DNA of 62,000 bases, filler included, from Thelocarpon superellum (taxonomy: Eukaryota), in NCBI GenBank assembly GCA_026025795.1. It is 2 parts of 2 records of this genome, joined end to end, with 100 filler letters (N's around TTAATTAATTAA, not from the genome) between each part and the next. Parts side by side here need not be neighbours in the genome. Positions count along the whole stretch, not along the records: positions 31,062 to 62,000 come from JAPEUG010000196.1; 1 more part is not named here. One strand, given 5' to 3'. The notes under the pieces are model-generated. The model saw nothing but the letters and a program-made list of their open reading frames with translations, was not told the DNA's origin and ran no database searches. Position 1 is the stretch's first letter, and the number at the start of each line of letters is the position of its first letter. This document shows positions 37,998 through 51,378 of the stretch, one piece after another. Made by a program: the position numbers and the translations under genes.

Positions 37998-40655
37998 ATT
38001 GTGAGATGAGCACGAGATGTTGTGATTGGCGATGGCCAAGGAGGTGTTGGAGAATGAGCCCCAAATGATGTTTGATGATTGTCATCGTCAGAGTCGACGT
38101 GAGACGGAAGACTATATACTGACAGCAAAGCAAAAGGCGGACATGATCCGAAATCCTGTGAACAATGTGTCAAAATGGCCTATCGCCGGCAAATCGTACG
38201 CGCCTGACGGAGGAAAGCTGCAGTCAAGAATGCCTATTAAATGGCACAGAAGTGCTGGTAGAGGGTAAAGACCCGCACCGGGCAGGCTTTCATGAGGCAT
38301 TATTGATCAAGAAGTTAACGAAATGCTTGACGAAATGCGCAGCACAGACGAAAAATGGGTCAGGAAGTCAATAGCACCATGCGAACTTCTGAACCTGCTT
38401 CTGCTCGAGCTGCAGAGTGTGCCGCTAGGAGTTTGGTGCTGTCCGGCGCTCCTTGCAGGAAGACGCCGCGAGCCATTATTGACGGATAAGGCGCAGGCCA
38501 ACGCCCTGGGCGCTCGCTTCTGCGCATAAGGCATTGTAGGCTGGTGGCATTGAAATCCAGCGCGTGCTCATGCAGCTGGACATATTTTGAAGAGGATGTT
38601 GCCTCACAGTCCTGCACACACCTACAACGCAAGACGTTGATCGTCTTGACCTAGTTGTTCATCAACGTCTACTCAGGTGCGAGGTCTGGACATCGGCAGA
38701 TGCGCTATTCATGTCCTTGTCGCCTTCATTGGGTCACAGCTTGTTATGGATGTTGCGCAGGTAGTCTGCAAGGAGAGCCTGATGGTCCCAACGTATTACA
38801 GCCAAGCATGACGACTCTGCTTGGGCTGTCCTGTTGGAGGATGACATAATCTATAGTCGCAGCAGCAGGTCCGGTAGGGCAGAACAGGGAAAGCTGCATC
38901 AGGGGTCCACATATATCTAATATGGGGAGACCCAAATAAATTTTTAATAGTCAGCCTCAACACTATCATTCGCTGTAATCCGCCTGCGCAACAGGATGTG
39001 AGGGCTCGTAAGGTCACGAGCACTCCACGTGACCCTGCAGCATCTACATAAAGCAACTGTAGCTTAGCCTAGCTAGGAGAGCAATCAATCATTCTGCTTC
39101 TAGGGACAAGAGGCCTAGACAAGAGGCCAAGAGCCTAACACTTTCTGTGGACGAGAATGCTTCCCTGTTGTTGCTTCGATACAGCTGGCACTCACCCGCC
39201 TCTTCGTCACCGGTTCAGCTGCATTTTACTTCTGGTAGGGTCGGTGGTAAGAGCCCTCATGCGCCAAAAGTCCCCCCACTAATTATTAGTCAGTAGACAT
39301 GTGCGAAGTGCACAGCGAAAGCTCCAGACGCCGCGCGATCGGCCCTCTACGCGAGGTCTGCCTCTGGCTGCAGATTGGGCGGCAGCAAGACCGCTGCTCG
39401 GAGCCAAGAAAGGTTTCGGTAGCTCCTCGCCATTCGCCATCGGCACGAGCAGCGCGGAGCCAGTCAGATGAATGCGGCAGCACCAGCTGCAACTAGGGAC
39501 GATCATGCAGAGGATGGACGACTGTTCATTTGTCGTCGTCATAGGGGACCCTCTATTCGATGTCCACGCGCGCGAGCAAAGGGGTTGGATCGGTGGGCAT
39601 CCAAATAAGCCATTGGTATAGAGGGTGCTCCGGCAGGCATAGGGTTCTCTCCTGTGGACCAACAGCCAAACAGTGGGGATGCAAACCGGACCCAGGGTGG
39701 AGCGACGGGGATCACGCGGACCGAAAGACGGTCTGTTCGCATGACAAGGGGCACGTGAAAGGCCGGATCGGAGTCTGCTTCGCTTTCGTCCGTGACCTCT
39801 TCCCACGCAAATGGTCCGCGGGTTCCGGCGTTTTCACACGGTGCCTCGCCAAAGTGTCAAACCCTGCTCCCTGTGGGTGGCACGGAAAATAGGTCCTTGC
39901 AGCCATGATTGAAATCCAAGTTTCCCGCCTGACGGGCACTCTTCCTACAGTCGCAGCACGCTCTGGATCTCCTTGGTCCCACGGAATAGTTCATCAGCTA
40001 CGGACCTGCACTGACAGCCACTCACCACACCAGACGTGCTCGAACGGTTGGAAAAAGTCACCTTGGTACTAAGTTCAGGCTGGTGTCCTGGGGTCACGAA
40101 CGCCGGCTAGTTGCGGAGCATTCCAAGGAGGAACTACTTGTAAATGATAGCGGGTGCCACCAAACCGCCCAACTGCCGTACGAAGAACGGGTCCTCATAT
40201 GCTCAAAAGCAACGGGGACTCGTCGAAAGCGAGGCTACCAGGCTATAGCGGTCCATCGTCATTCTTCCTGGCCCGGACAAACGCCACCCGGAATTAGTTT
40301 CCCAGCGAGGATGGCGTTGCCTAGGAGGGTAAAGTGGGCGAAGGGGACCCCCACCCACTCCGCCGATCGGAGATGATTGCTTAGCGCAAGATCAGGTGCA
40401 GGCTGGCCGGCGAGTGCGGAACTGACGTCGAGGGTAATTGGGGAGAGGGGACAGGCGTACGGACGGATGGATGGATCGACGGACAATGGCAGGGAAAGTC
40501 ACGGGCCGTGGGAAGAGAGTATGTGGCTGGTCCTGACGCCTGAGACACGGAACCAGTATTGCCGGTGCCTTTACTTAGCACTGGATGCAGGGAAGTTACC
40601 ATCACCCATTACTGCACTCGACTGGTTGGTGCCTTGCGTTCGCCGTCTGGTCAAC

Positions 40656-40708
40656 GGGATGCGAGGGATGCCCGGGGTGCCAGGGACGCCAGGGATACCA
40701 GGGATGCA
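40656..40708. repeat. Degenerate 9-bp tandem repeat (GGGATGCCA-like)
   Basis: gggatgcga gggatgccc ggggtgcca gggacgcca gggatacca gggatgca. Confidence 0.8.
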
Positions 40709-41434
40709 AGAGAGACGTGAGCAGACGGGCGGACGGACCAAGCCACCCACCATGCCATCAGAACCAGTAGATCTTTGGCACGAGTACTCGGACTTCTACC
40801 TCGCGTACGGGAGACCCGCGGACGAACACTTCCGCTGCGGTACCGGTAGAGCCTCCTCGTGGATACGCGTGCGAGTACTCATATTCACGACGGTAGCGAA
40901 CACGGTCAGAGACTCGGAGACGATGGGACCAACCCTAATAATCCAAGTCATCGACTGTCGGGTTGATCGAGGGCATGTTCATGGTTTTGGTACCAGCAGG
41001 GCACCAGCAGCGAATGAACGAACGAATTGTGAACCTACCGCGCCACCTCTGTCATTTCATTTGTTATCTCCTGGGAGTACGTGGGCGGGCAGAGTCGGTA
41101 AAGTCTAATGGCCCCCACCCCGGCGAAGTGATAGACTAGGGTCAGCCGGGGCCGGGGGCCAGGGACGGGGATGGGGACCAGAAGCAGGAGGTGTGAACCG
41201 CGCCAAACCTGCCGGCAACTTACCCCCGTCCGCCTAAGCGAAAGTGGCCGATCAAGTCAAGTCGCGTACCTGCTGACTACTCGTATAACTCTCTACCATA
41301 CAGGTGTGCGTCATGGAGGTCTATGGTCAACGTCCCGGACGGTATTTAGCTGGGATGGTGTGGGTGGAAGGGAGGGAGAGAGGAAGGGACATCTGTGGAC
41401 GCGTCGTCGGCGACGCCAGTGCATGTGTCTTTCA

Positions 41435-41452
41435 GTGTGTGTGTGTGTGTGT
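41435..41452. repeat. (GT)n microsatellite
   Basis: gtgtgtgtgtgtgtgtgt. Confidence 0.9.
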
Positions 41453-41540
41453 AGGCCGGCGTAAATGGCGATGCATTCAAGCGTGAGTACAGAACGAGGA
41501 CGAGCACGTAACTCGCAAGGCCAATATATGAGCAACTGGA

Positions 41541-41615
41541 GTACTACTAATATACTACTAGTAGTAGTACTACTATCTAGTAGTACTAATTAGTAAGTAG
41601 TAGTAATACTATTAG
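41541..41615. repeat. AT-rich TAG/CTA triplet low-complexity tract with internal palindromes
   Basis: gtactactaatatactactagtagtagtactactatctagtagtactaattagtaagtagtagtaatactattag. Confidence 0.8.
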
Positions 41616-42576
41616 TGGGTGATAATGACGACGCCTCGTCCATCTCACCACCATAATTCCAAGTACCGCAGCGTACTCGTACCCACTTCTACTTTCCTCC
41701 CATGGAAGCACCATGTCCACGCCAGAGCCACTATCGGTACGCTGAAATTACTGCTGCATGCTGCGCAGTGAACCCCCCAGTCAGCCACAGGGGGGCTGAT
41801 CATGTCTTCCCTGGTAAATGTGCACCGAATAGCTCGCTAGTCAGTCGTGTGGATGATGGGCAGGTATTTAGCACCAGCACGTTGCGCGAAACCCACGAGA
41901 CGACCGGGTTCTGGTGACTTTGGCTTTGCACCGGACCTCCCCGCTACTGTATGGTATCATCCTTATCATACCAGACCTGCTGGTACCACAGAGGGCGGAC
42001 TTCTTCTCGGCCTTGTTCCATGCAGTTGCTTCCGGAGTGGTACTTCCTACCTCAGCGTGAAACCATCTATTTAGCCACCTACGTCCTCGTACCTTAGGCA
42101 TAAACACGGCCTCGGCCACGACCACGCGCACCAGAGCTGTACCAGGAGTAGAGTTACAACGTAGGCCTTGTGGCTGCCTCACGCTACCAGGCCACCCTGG
42201 GACATCCAACGTGCGCTGACTGTGCGCTAACTAGCAATCAGCGTGATTGATCGTCACCAGTTAGGTGGCACTAGAGGCGTTTATTTGCGCCGTCGGCGGG
42301 GAGGTGATGGACACGAGTCAATTATCTAGAGAGTTGAACACTACACAGCGGCCGGACATGAATCATCACGACAGATCGGACGCCACGGCATTGACAATCC
42401 TCGTCAGCATCGACGGGGCCCCCAGATGGATGTACCGAGCGCCAAACGTAGCACCTCCACATCGACGTCATGGCCCCGAGGGCGGTGCACAGAAATATCA
42501 AAGGCTGATGCGCGGACACCAAAACAAATGAGACCGAGGGAAAAGGGGTCGCCTCGTGGCCAGTGCCCTGCTACCT

Positions 42577-45500
42577 TCAGAGCCGAATGCGAGGAAGTGC
42601 GCCCGGGTAATTCCGTAGATAGGTATAGACGCGTGCGGCTTCCTGCCATACTTGTGGCACGCGATTCATCAGCATGGCCATGACGACGAGGATTAGCAGC
42701 GGAATCTAGCAGGCGTCAGCGGGCGTCAGCGGATCGACGGGGACGAGGATCCTTACCCAGATAAAGAACAATTTGCGATCGCTCGCAATCTTCTTCATCT
42801 TCTTCGCGTGCGCCGTCCGAAGTTGCTCTTGATCGTCCTTGGACATGGGCCTAGTGCCCAGGCGCACGTGGAGCGCCCGGTCCACGGCCATCAGGGGAGA
42901 CGAGTCGGCGGTCTTGTCATACGCTTGCCCACACGCGCGATCTGCCACGGTGTCGATGGCGGCGTGAGCGGCCGATTCTTTCTTCAGATCGCGATCACGT
43001 TGGTCCTCCTCGGCCCGTGGGTAGATCTCTTCGTAGGCCGGTGGAGCGGACGCGATCCCCGAGAAGAGCTCCCACCAACGGTATTCCCCCTCCTTCGACG
43101 TCTCCTCCACGCCTCGCCGTGGCTTGGCCCCTGATCGCGAGGACGTCCGGAGCGGCACCAGCGAGCTGATGCCGCGCGCCATTGGATTGGGCAGGTACGT
43201 TGGATAGGTCGGCAGATTCGGCATCGTCGGGAGGGCGGGGATCTGGGGGAGGTTGGGCAAGTGCGGCAGGCTGGGTAGATTCGATTGCATTGTCTGTTGC
43301 AACGTTTGCTGCAACAGCTGGAATTGGATTGCCAATTGCTCCCGGAACGCGGCCACCGCCGGGGTCACGCCCACCGCACCGTCATCGGCAGGTGCCTGCA
43401 TCGCCGGGAGCGCGTTCCGGCCGACAGCGGGAGTGGCGTCGTTCACCCGACTGGCCCGCCGCGAGTATGGTCGTCGCTTTATGAGGACGATGGCCTGATC
43501 GGAGTCGGAGTCGCTACTGCCGCCGTCGTACGACGGCGGCCACGTCGAGCCCACCGTCACGGCGGAACGGACGCGACGGAATTCTGACGGCGGCCGACAT
43601 CGCGGGCGGTGCTCGACACTGCGCGTCAGGTGCAAGACCTGCCGCGACGTGGCCAGATCGGCCGGGGTGTACCCTTTCAGGCTCCGGAGTGTGGCGTCGG
43701 CACCGCTCAAGATCAGGCGACGGACGATGTGCGGATGATTTGACAAGGCCGCCAAGTGTAAGGGAGAGTAGCCGCCATTGTCGCGAGGTTCGAAGTTGAC
43801 GTTGCGGGCGAGCAGCGCAGCGACGAAGCGATGGAGTCCTCGCGCGCTGGCAAGATGAAGCATCGTCTGCCCCGATCGTTGGATGCGAGAGTTCAGGCGC
43901 GGCTTGCGCCCGCTGTCATCGAGGTCGATCAGATCCAGACATTTGAGCAGGCTATCCTCGACGCCGAGGGCGGCCTGATATCCCGTCTCGGAGGCGTCCT
44001 GACCACCACCTTTGGAGCCGCGTGGAACCCCAGGACCCCCAGGACCCCCAGGACCCCTCGTCCCCGGTTCACCCTTGACGATCCTGGCGGCGAGATCGTT
44101 CACATCCTCCATCTGGCCATGCATCTTGTTTCCCACCACGGACAGCGCCAACCGTAGGAGTTCCTGCTCGTCCTCTTCCCGGTAGGTGAACCACACGGTC
44201 GGGCGCATGGAACCGGTAGGGCCGCGATGGGACTGCGTGGGCGATTGCTCATGCTCATGCTTAAAGGTGACGGCGACGGGGCCCGCCACTGCGGCCGGTG
44301 GTACCATGCAAATAATCGTGGTGTCACCCCACAATGTCGTCGTTGCCAGCGTCTGGCCAAACATGACCTCCAGCCCTGGGCAGAAATGAGAGCCCAGTAG
44401 CGTGACCTCGAAGCCGCCAGTCCGGGGGCCGTCGTTAGGAATCAATCGGCTGATCGCCGGCGCACGCCTCGCATTGACCTCATCCGGCCGCAGCCGAGTC
44501 TGGGCCTGGTGGCGTGAATTGTAGCTGGCCAGAGCCTGCATCAGGAGGGATTGCTGCATGCTGAAGCCGTCCTGCCCGTTGTTGCTTGGGCTAGGGGCGC
44601 GACTTTGATACGTCGAGGCCGGTGCCGAGAACATTTGGGCAACAGGTAGATTCTCTAGGCTCTGGGTTCGACGGTCGGCATGTACAGCCGTGACATCAGG
44701 ACCACCGGACGTGGGTAGGTTAAGACCGTGGGGATACGATGCACGTATGCTGACGTTCGCCTGGTAGCTTCCTGGATCGTAGCTTCCTGGATCGATCGTC
44801 ATCCCGTACGGCGGGTATGAGGGGGTGCGTGGGGACGGAGTCGCGGACGTCAAGCCATTGGCGGGCAGGTTGTTGACGAAGGAGGACTCTCCCTCGTTCT
44901 CCAGGCGGGTCATGGACAGCCCACTCGGCACCTTGATGGCACCGCTGGACTTTCTCTTCTTCGTCGCACGGCCAGGAGCCGCGCTGGGTGAGGCCTGGCG
45001 CGAGAGATTACGTGGCGTGCCGGACACCGACGGACCGGACGCGGAGTTGGGCGGGGGTGCGTGGGATGGGGCGTAGGGTGACGCGTACTGAGAGGGCGGC
45101 TGTTGCTGCTGCAGCCGTTGGAGATCAGAGCTGGAGTGGGACACGCGAAAGGGCGCCACGGCCATGGAGGTCGAGGTACGTGTGTTGCCGTACGGATTGC
45201 CCGAGAATCCGCCCAAAAATCCGCTCGAGTATCCGCCCGCGTATCCGTCCGCGTATCCGCCCGGACCAGGCGGGTCCGGCATGCCCCCGAACCCGCCCGA
45301 TCCAGGCGGCTGCGGCGCACCGTCGTACCCGGGTGGCCCGCGGGGTGGCGGTGGTGGCGCTTGGCCCGGTGGCGGAGGCGGCGCGTGTGTCTTGTGGTCG
45401 TCCGTGATCATGATAGAGTCTGTCATGTTCTGCGCCACGACGTTGCCTCGGTAGTCCTTGATGGTGAAGATGACCTGGAATCCCATCTTCTCCGATTGGT

Positions 45501-47244
45501 GCCGACAGTAACATGCGATGCGCATGGGCGCGTCCACTTGCAGGGCACCGTCGGGGATGATGGGTACGGATCTGTCATCGTAAGGCGAGTTGTCGCCCGA
45601 CGGGGGATGCCACTCCTTGATCTCCACACAATTGAAGACGATGATGCGCTTGTCTTCGTCTTTCTGCCATTCCTCCTCTTCCTCCACGCGCTTGACTTTC
45701 TTGCGGGCCGCACGTTTGCGTTCGCGAGTCATGCAACCCACGCAGATGTTGACGTCTGCGCCGTTGAGCGGGTTGTTGCTGGGGTCATCGTCCATGGGCG
45801 CGTCATCAGACGACGTGCCTCGGGCCTCGTCCTCTCGCGACAGGAGCGTGGGGGGACCTGCAGCGCGACGCAGGGCGCGTTGGAGTTTGCCCGGGTCTTG
45901 CATGGCGCTCGTGCAGACCAGGTTGGTGTGTAGCTCCAGCATATCGGGAGAGGGTAGAGGTTTGGGCTTGGCGAGCAGCTTGGCTTTGGAGATGGTTTTG
46001 GTCGGTAGATGTAGTTTCGTTACCCCAGGCGGCATGGGGTGGAGAGACAGGCGAATGGGGATCTGTGTCTCTACGCGAGTCTTTAGAGGGGTGGGGTGAA
46101 TGATGAGCTGCGGCCCAGGTGAGGGCGCAAGTGGCCCGGGCGCAAAGGCTCGTGATCTGTCCAGGCCGGAGGGTGGGACAAAACCGGGATTAAAGGGCGA
46201 GGTCGATGGGGTGTATTCCGCTCGGGGTGGAATCACGGGACTCGAATAGCCCTGGCCGGCCGGCCACAGCGGCGCTAAGGGCCGGTCGACGAGTGTATCG
46301 GGACGGGTCATGGCAAAGCCAGACATGGATGTCGGAGAGTCGTCATATACGTACGTATCCGGTGAGGATTCGTGGCTGCTCCCGACAGCAGATAGCGGTG
46401 ACGCGTCGGCGGACAACGACATGAGCGATGGCACGGTGGAGTGCTGTTCAAGTCACATCAGTGCTGGTCTTGGAGAGGAAGGGTGCCTACATACGGGCAA
46501 GTTGGAGTCTCGGTGCTGTGGATATGACTGCATGTGGTGCTGCGGGATACGGTAGGGCATCTCCACGTTCGCATTGAGCCGGCCGATGTGGTTATTCTGG
46601 AAGGGTTCCTTGTACATGGACGAGGGGCTGCTGGCGGCATTTTCGAAGTCGAAGTCATTCGACATGACCTCGTTGCTAGTCTCAAACTCCGTGCTGCGCA
46701 CGACTTGATCGGAACCAGGATTGACATATGGCCCTGGGTAACGGAAGGAAGCCTCGTCATCGCCCACCGTCACCTGTTTCTGGTAATCGGTCATGCCGTT
46801 GTCGTCGGTCGAGAGTAGATCGTCGGGCGCCGCAGCGGAGCGCATGGATTCGTCGGAGGTCTTGCGTTTGTGGCCGCGCAAAGAGCCGGAAGAGGAAGAA
46901 TCCGTCACACCAAGGCTCGGCGTGGATCGAGTCGAGGGATTGGACAAGGAGCGGGACGGACCCGCGATGCGGCTGCGCGATGGAGGATGTGACTCGTCTG
47001 ACGTGGAGCGTTGCAAGGTCTCTGAAGCATATGATTGAGCGGCTGTAGTTTCGTCGTCAAGCATGAAGATACTGGGTGGGCCGGCTAGGGTTTGGTCGTC
47101 GATCACGTCGATGCCGGCAGAAGACTGGCGCGCAAGAGCGTCGTTGAAGAAGTCACTGCCCACTCCCACATCCGGGTCCAAGAGGACCGGAAGCGTCGGG
47201 TCGGATCCAGTAAGGATGGAGGATGAATCGCCTTCGCGTCTCAT
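42577..47244 (-). CDS. MGA2: Spt23/Mga2-type ER membrane-bound transcription factor (IPT/TIG, ankyrin repeats, C-terminal TM); introns 46444-46494 and about 42706-42756; start uncertain
   Basis: KTRVETQIPI, CVGCMTRERKRAARKK, RIACYCRHQSEKMGF and IMITDDHKT. IPT domain ISRLIPNDGPRTGGFEVTLLG. Ankyrins GQTMLHLA and GYSPLHLA. PPAY Rsp5-binding motif. TM DRKLFFIW|IPLLILVVMAML. Confidence 0.93.
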
Positions 47245-48655
47245 GGCCGCAGCGATACAGCATCAGCGAGAAGACGGGGCGACGTATGAGGCAGCAGCGG
47301 GATTGAAGCCGCCCCGTGGCTCCGGCGGAAGGCTCGATTCGGGAACGGAGCTAGGCGGGGTGGCTGACCCGGGTAATTCTTTAGTCCGTCGGTCAGTCTC
47401 TCGACATCGTGATCACTGCGCCGTTCGCCACGTCAAAGAGGCGTATCGAAGGCCTGAACTCGCGGTGGATATGCTTGGATATGCCACGTGCCCGATCACG
47501 GTAAGGGAGGCGACGGAGGGGCGCTCGCCTGCGGTTGAGCCGGAGGACGGACGTCTGACGCTGAGATCTGGTGTGGAAGCCTTCACAGATGTCGTCCCGA
47601 CGTGGGGCTAAGACCCGGGCAGACGAAGGCGGGCTTCGTTGGCACTTATAGTCGGCCGAAGTGGAGGGAGGTGGAGGGAGATGACGAGCCAGAGGAATGG
47701 GGAAGGGCCGTGCCAAGATGAGATGTGCAGCGAGGTCGGAACTCTCGGCGGTCACGCTAGCATCAGTCGAGTCGACTTCCCTGATGACGCCCGCTCGCTA
47801 ATTGGTCGACCGTTGGCGACACGGACAAAATGTCCAGGCTGGATTTCCATGGCACTTCCGTTCCATGGGAATTTGGACCAAGCTGGCTACAGACTGGGGC
47901 GCGAGAGATTTTGCCTGGATCCACTTCTACCTGTAGCGTCTGGGCTGTGCCAGGGCCACCTTACCCTGCGCAGTGATCCATCGCCGGTCTGGGCTGCTGG
48001 GCATGAGTCGGCCGGCAGCATGGCCGGAGTTCTGGTCTGGGAGGACCGAGATACGAGCGCGTTGCGATTACGTTGGGGGCAAAGTGTTGATCATTCTCAC
48101 GGCAGTGATCACCTACTAGTTGATCTACCTAGTGCCTCACTAGTCACCGTTTCTTCACACCGGACGAGGCAGTTGTGCCCAGCCGTCGAGTGCGGCGCGG
48201 CGAGATCGTCGACCGCGGGGTTGAGTTCCAGAGTTCAGACACAAGACACCGCTCGGCACCCGCATTAGTCAGCAAGTTGGCGCACGCCAATCCGAGGCGG
48301 AGGTTCAACGGCCCTAGACCCCCACTATGATCTACGAGCACGTGAGGGCGTCGAGTTACACAAATGAGGTAGTTGACAGGACCAACATCATTCGATTCAG
48401 GGCCGATACTGCCCTTGGAGCAGATCTGACCATGACTGGTCTAGTACGGCCGCCACTCCCCAGTAACTCTTACACTCTAGTCGCTCCTTTTCTAACTTCA
48501 AGGTATCGTTGCCCTTGGCATAGCTCGACCATGGCAAAGTTGTTGACGCGATTTTTAGGCCATTACACCAGCGTAGAACAAGAGGGAAGAAACGGGTCCA
48601 CAGACATGAAAATGGAATAGAGCAAATCCGTGCCCTCCTGGCCCCTGCACTCGGT

Positions 48656-49983
48656 TCATGATCCCTTGGCCTTTCTCGCCCCAGCGACCGCTAGATGGTC
48701 CGCGGCGACGTTGCCCGGGTCCTGCGCGTGACCTTTGATCCACTGAAACTCCGTCGTGGCATGCATGGCCTTCCGCTCCTCGATCTTCCGCAGAATATCC
48801 TCCACGAGATCCTTATTCTCCACCGTCTTGCCCGCTGCGGTCTTCCAGTTGTTCTTCCTCCAGTTGACGCTCCATACCGTTACGCAGTTGATGGAGTAGG
48901 AACTGTCGGTCAAGATGCACGCATCGCGATGCCGCGGTGTAATTTCCAGCGCCCGAGATATGGCCGTTAGTTCCGCTCGCTGGTTCGTCTGTCGTGACCC
49001 TGCAAGCCCTTCCGACACGTTCCTACCACCCACGATCATCGTCAGACGAGTTTTCGGCCGAGTCATCTTCTCACCACCGCGACGTACCGTTCGTCACCGA
49101 CGCCAAAATAGACCCCAACGCCGGAGATAGCGCCCCGCTTGCCGTTGCCGAGGCTGCTTCCGTCGGTATAGATGCGAATGGGTCCGGCACGGCTCAGGGG
49201 CTTAGACGCCGACATCAACCGTTGCGCCTGCGACGGCTTCTTCCATTCGATCTGCCCGGTGTGAGGATTCAGTGTCAGACTAGGATCGAATCCATCTTCC
49301 GCCCCCGTCGGTAGTGGGCCGGTGCCTGGCTCGAAATCCGGAGGTTCAAGGGGCGCCGTGGGGGTCTCCGCCGTCGGGATCGGGAGAGCGACGTGGCGAG
49401 TGACATCATTGGTCTTCTTCGTCCTTTTCGCCGCCGGGGGCCCTGTGTCGTTCCGCGTGTCGATCCTGGGTGCGCCTGGGGAGCGGTCACTGGTCACGCT
49501 CGACGTGTCCATATCATTCCCGTGCACAAAAGCCTCAGCCTCGGTGCGGGATGTGAAGCATCGATGCTTGGGTTTCGTCCATCCGGTGATTTGCGCCTGT
49601 GCTGAAGGCCAGTTCGTGTATACCCCGGGCACGCGCCCATTCCGGACGGCATAGAACTTGGGTAGGGCGAGGGAAAGGGCGCTTGCAGAGTCTGGTGGCG
49701 GGTCGTGTCCGGTCGCGAATGCTTCCGCCTCGGCGAGCGAGGGAAAAGATTTGAACGTGGCGTTCTTAAACCCCTTGACCTGCTCAAGGCAGTCGTGCCA
49801 ACGATGGTAGACGCCCGGATGGTGTCCGACGCGGACGGCGTAGAATTTGGGTTCCGTTCCCCGCTTCCGCTTCGTCCCCGCCGACGAGGCGATACTGACA
49901 GGTGACGGCGACCTGGTTGGCTTGGGTCCGGGTGCCAAGCCCGGCCGGTGGGCCCAGCCTGGGGAGATGGAGGAACCAGCCAT
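48656..49983 (-). CDS. RNH1: Ribonuclease H1 with two N-terminal hybrid-binding domains; intron 49023-49087
   Basis: Two KFYAVRxG...PGVY..W repeats. Catalytic IYTDGSSLGNG, QTNQRAELTAI, ILTDSSYSI, ENKDL and WIKGHAQDPGNVAADHLA. Confidence 0.96.
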
Positions 49984-50890
49984 GAGGATTGAAAGACCTC
50001 GTATGAGTGCTGACACTGCTGCGTTCAGGCGGGGGCCATGGCGCTGGACGTGACGCCGTGCCGACCCCAGAAAGCCCTCGCGATATGGCAGGTGAGCAGG
50101 TGTGGCAGCGGTGGGAATAACGGAGGGCAAACGGCCGAGTCGAGCGACAAGGCCTCGCTCGCGGGGAATGGCGGCGATGAGAGGCACCTGCAGACAGGGC
50201 CCTGCCTGAAGGAAAGGGAGATCACCAGGGCCGGGCGTAGAGCACCCTGATGGGCTTTCTAGACATGCAGACCACGTCAACCTGGGAACGGTCAGAGATC
50301 TGCCAATGGTGGGCGAGCCCATACATTGACTCACCTGGTCTGTCACATCTTCCGAAGGGAGGACTGAAATGATCGGGCAGGAGAGTGCGTGGCCACAAAC
50401 TCCTTTGTCCACCGCAGAAGCTCTGTCCCCGCCTAGTATCTTGAGACAAGAAATAGCGCCGTCCCAAGAGCGGTTAGCTCAGGCAGGACGTATCCGCAAT
50501 AACTCAAGCACACCCGGTCCGCAGTAGTATCGTAGCCAAGAAACGAGTGAGTCGTTTGCCCCCCCAACATTGCTAATACTCAGCACTAAGTATCTGGACG
50601 GACCCACCCAGGTCAGGTGGCGCGATTGAGGACCATAGCCGTATCGAATCTGCCAGAGCAGTCACCGTTGTCGCTCGAGCACCCTATTGGGTTATCACTC
50701 GCGGACCCTCTCCTCCAGGTCCCGTCCGTGACAGTCTCGCTCTCAGCTTCATCTTCGCTATCAATCCGTTCCCATTGCTGCGCTCGTCACTTGGACCCCC
50801 GAGCGAGTATGTTCCGGATACGGTGAAAACATACGAGCCTATAGCGTGTCGACGTCGTCTGGCTCAGAGGGGCTTGCAGGGCCGCTGGAG

Positions 50891-51378
50891 ATGTTCGAGG
50901 TAGGTCGCCCTTGTCGTTTGGCGTGGACAAATCGGTCCAATTCCGGTGCATTGCCGACAGCTCTGACGACGTGCAGCCGGATGTGGACGATCGTTATCAC
51001 TTGCGCACGCACCGGGCGCGCTCCGTTGTGCTGACGCCCGCGGAGCTGGTGGAGGTTCGGGCGGCGCAGCGGACGTTTGAGGGTGCCTACGTGCGCACCG
51101 CCATCTCGCAATTCTCCTTTGCCCTCGTCGTGCTCAAGATCTTCACGTCGGAATTTTACAGCATCGGCGCCCTGTTCGCCGTCTACGGCTTCGGCGTTCT
51201 CATCGCGAGCGCCTTTCGGCGACAGCAAGGAAATAAGCAGTTCTTCGCCGAACAGGGCCAGGATGGCACCCGCAAGGCCATGTTTCGCACGAGTGGCAAT
51301 GTCGTCGTGGCTCTGACCGTTCTCAGCATCGCAGCATATGCGTGTCTCTTTGCCTTGATCCTTAAGCTTCGAGCATAA
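50891..51378 (+). CDS. Small 3-TM membrane protein, DUF202-like; probable intron 50900-50977
   Basis: RAAQRTFEGAYVRTAISQFSFALVVLKIF, two further TM segments and FRTSG. The GTAGGT...CTGAC...GCAG intron joins MFE|PDVDDRY. Confidence 0.8.

Noticed and set aside
40377..41108. 243-aa ORF with a GMPGVPGTPGIPG collagen-like repeat
   Set aside because: Non-ATG start, no other protein-like features, and the repeat is explained by a 9-bp DNA minisatellite.
50470..50540. A-box-like TAGCTCAGGCAGG suggesting a tRNA
   Set aside because: There is no B-box or cloverleaf downstream.
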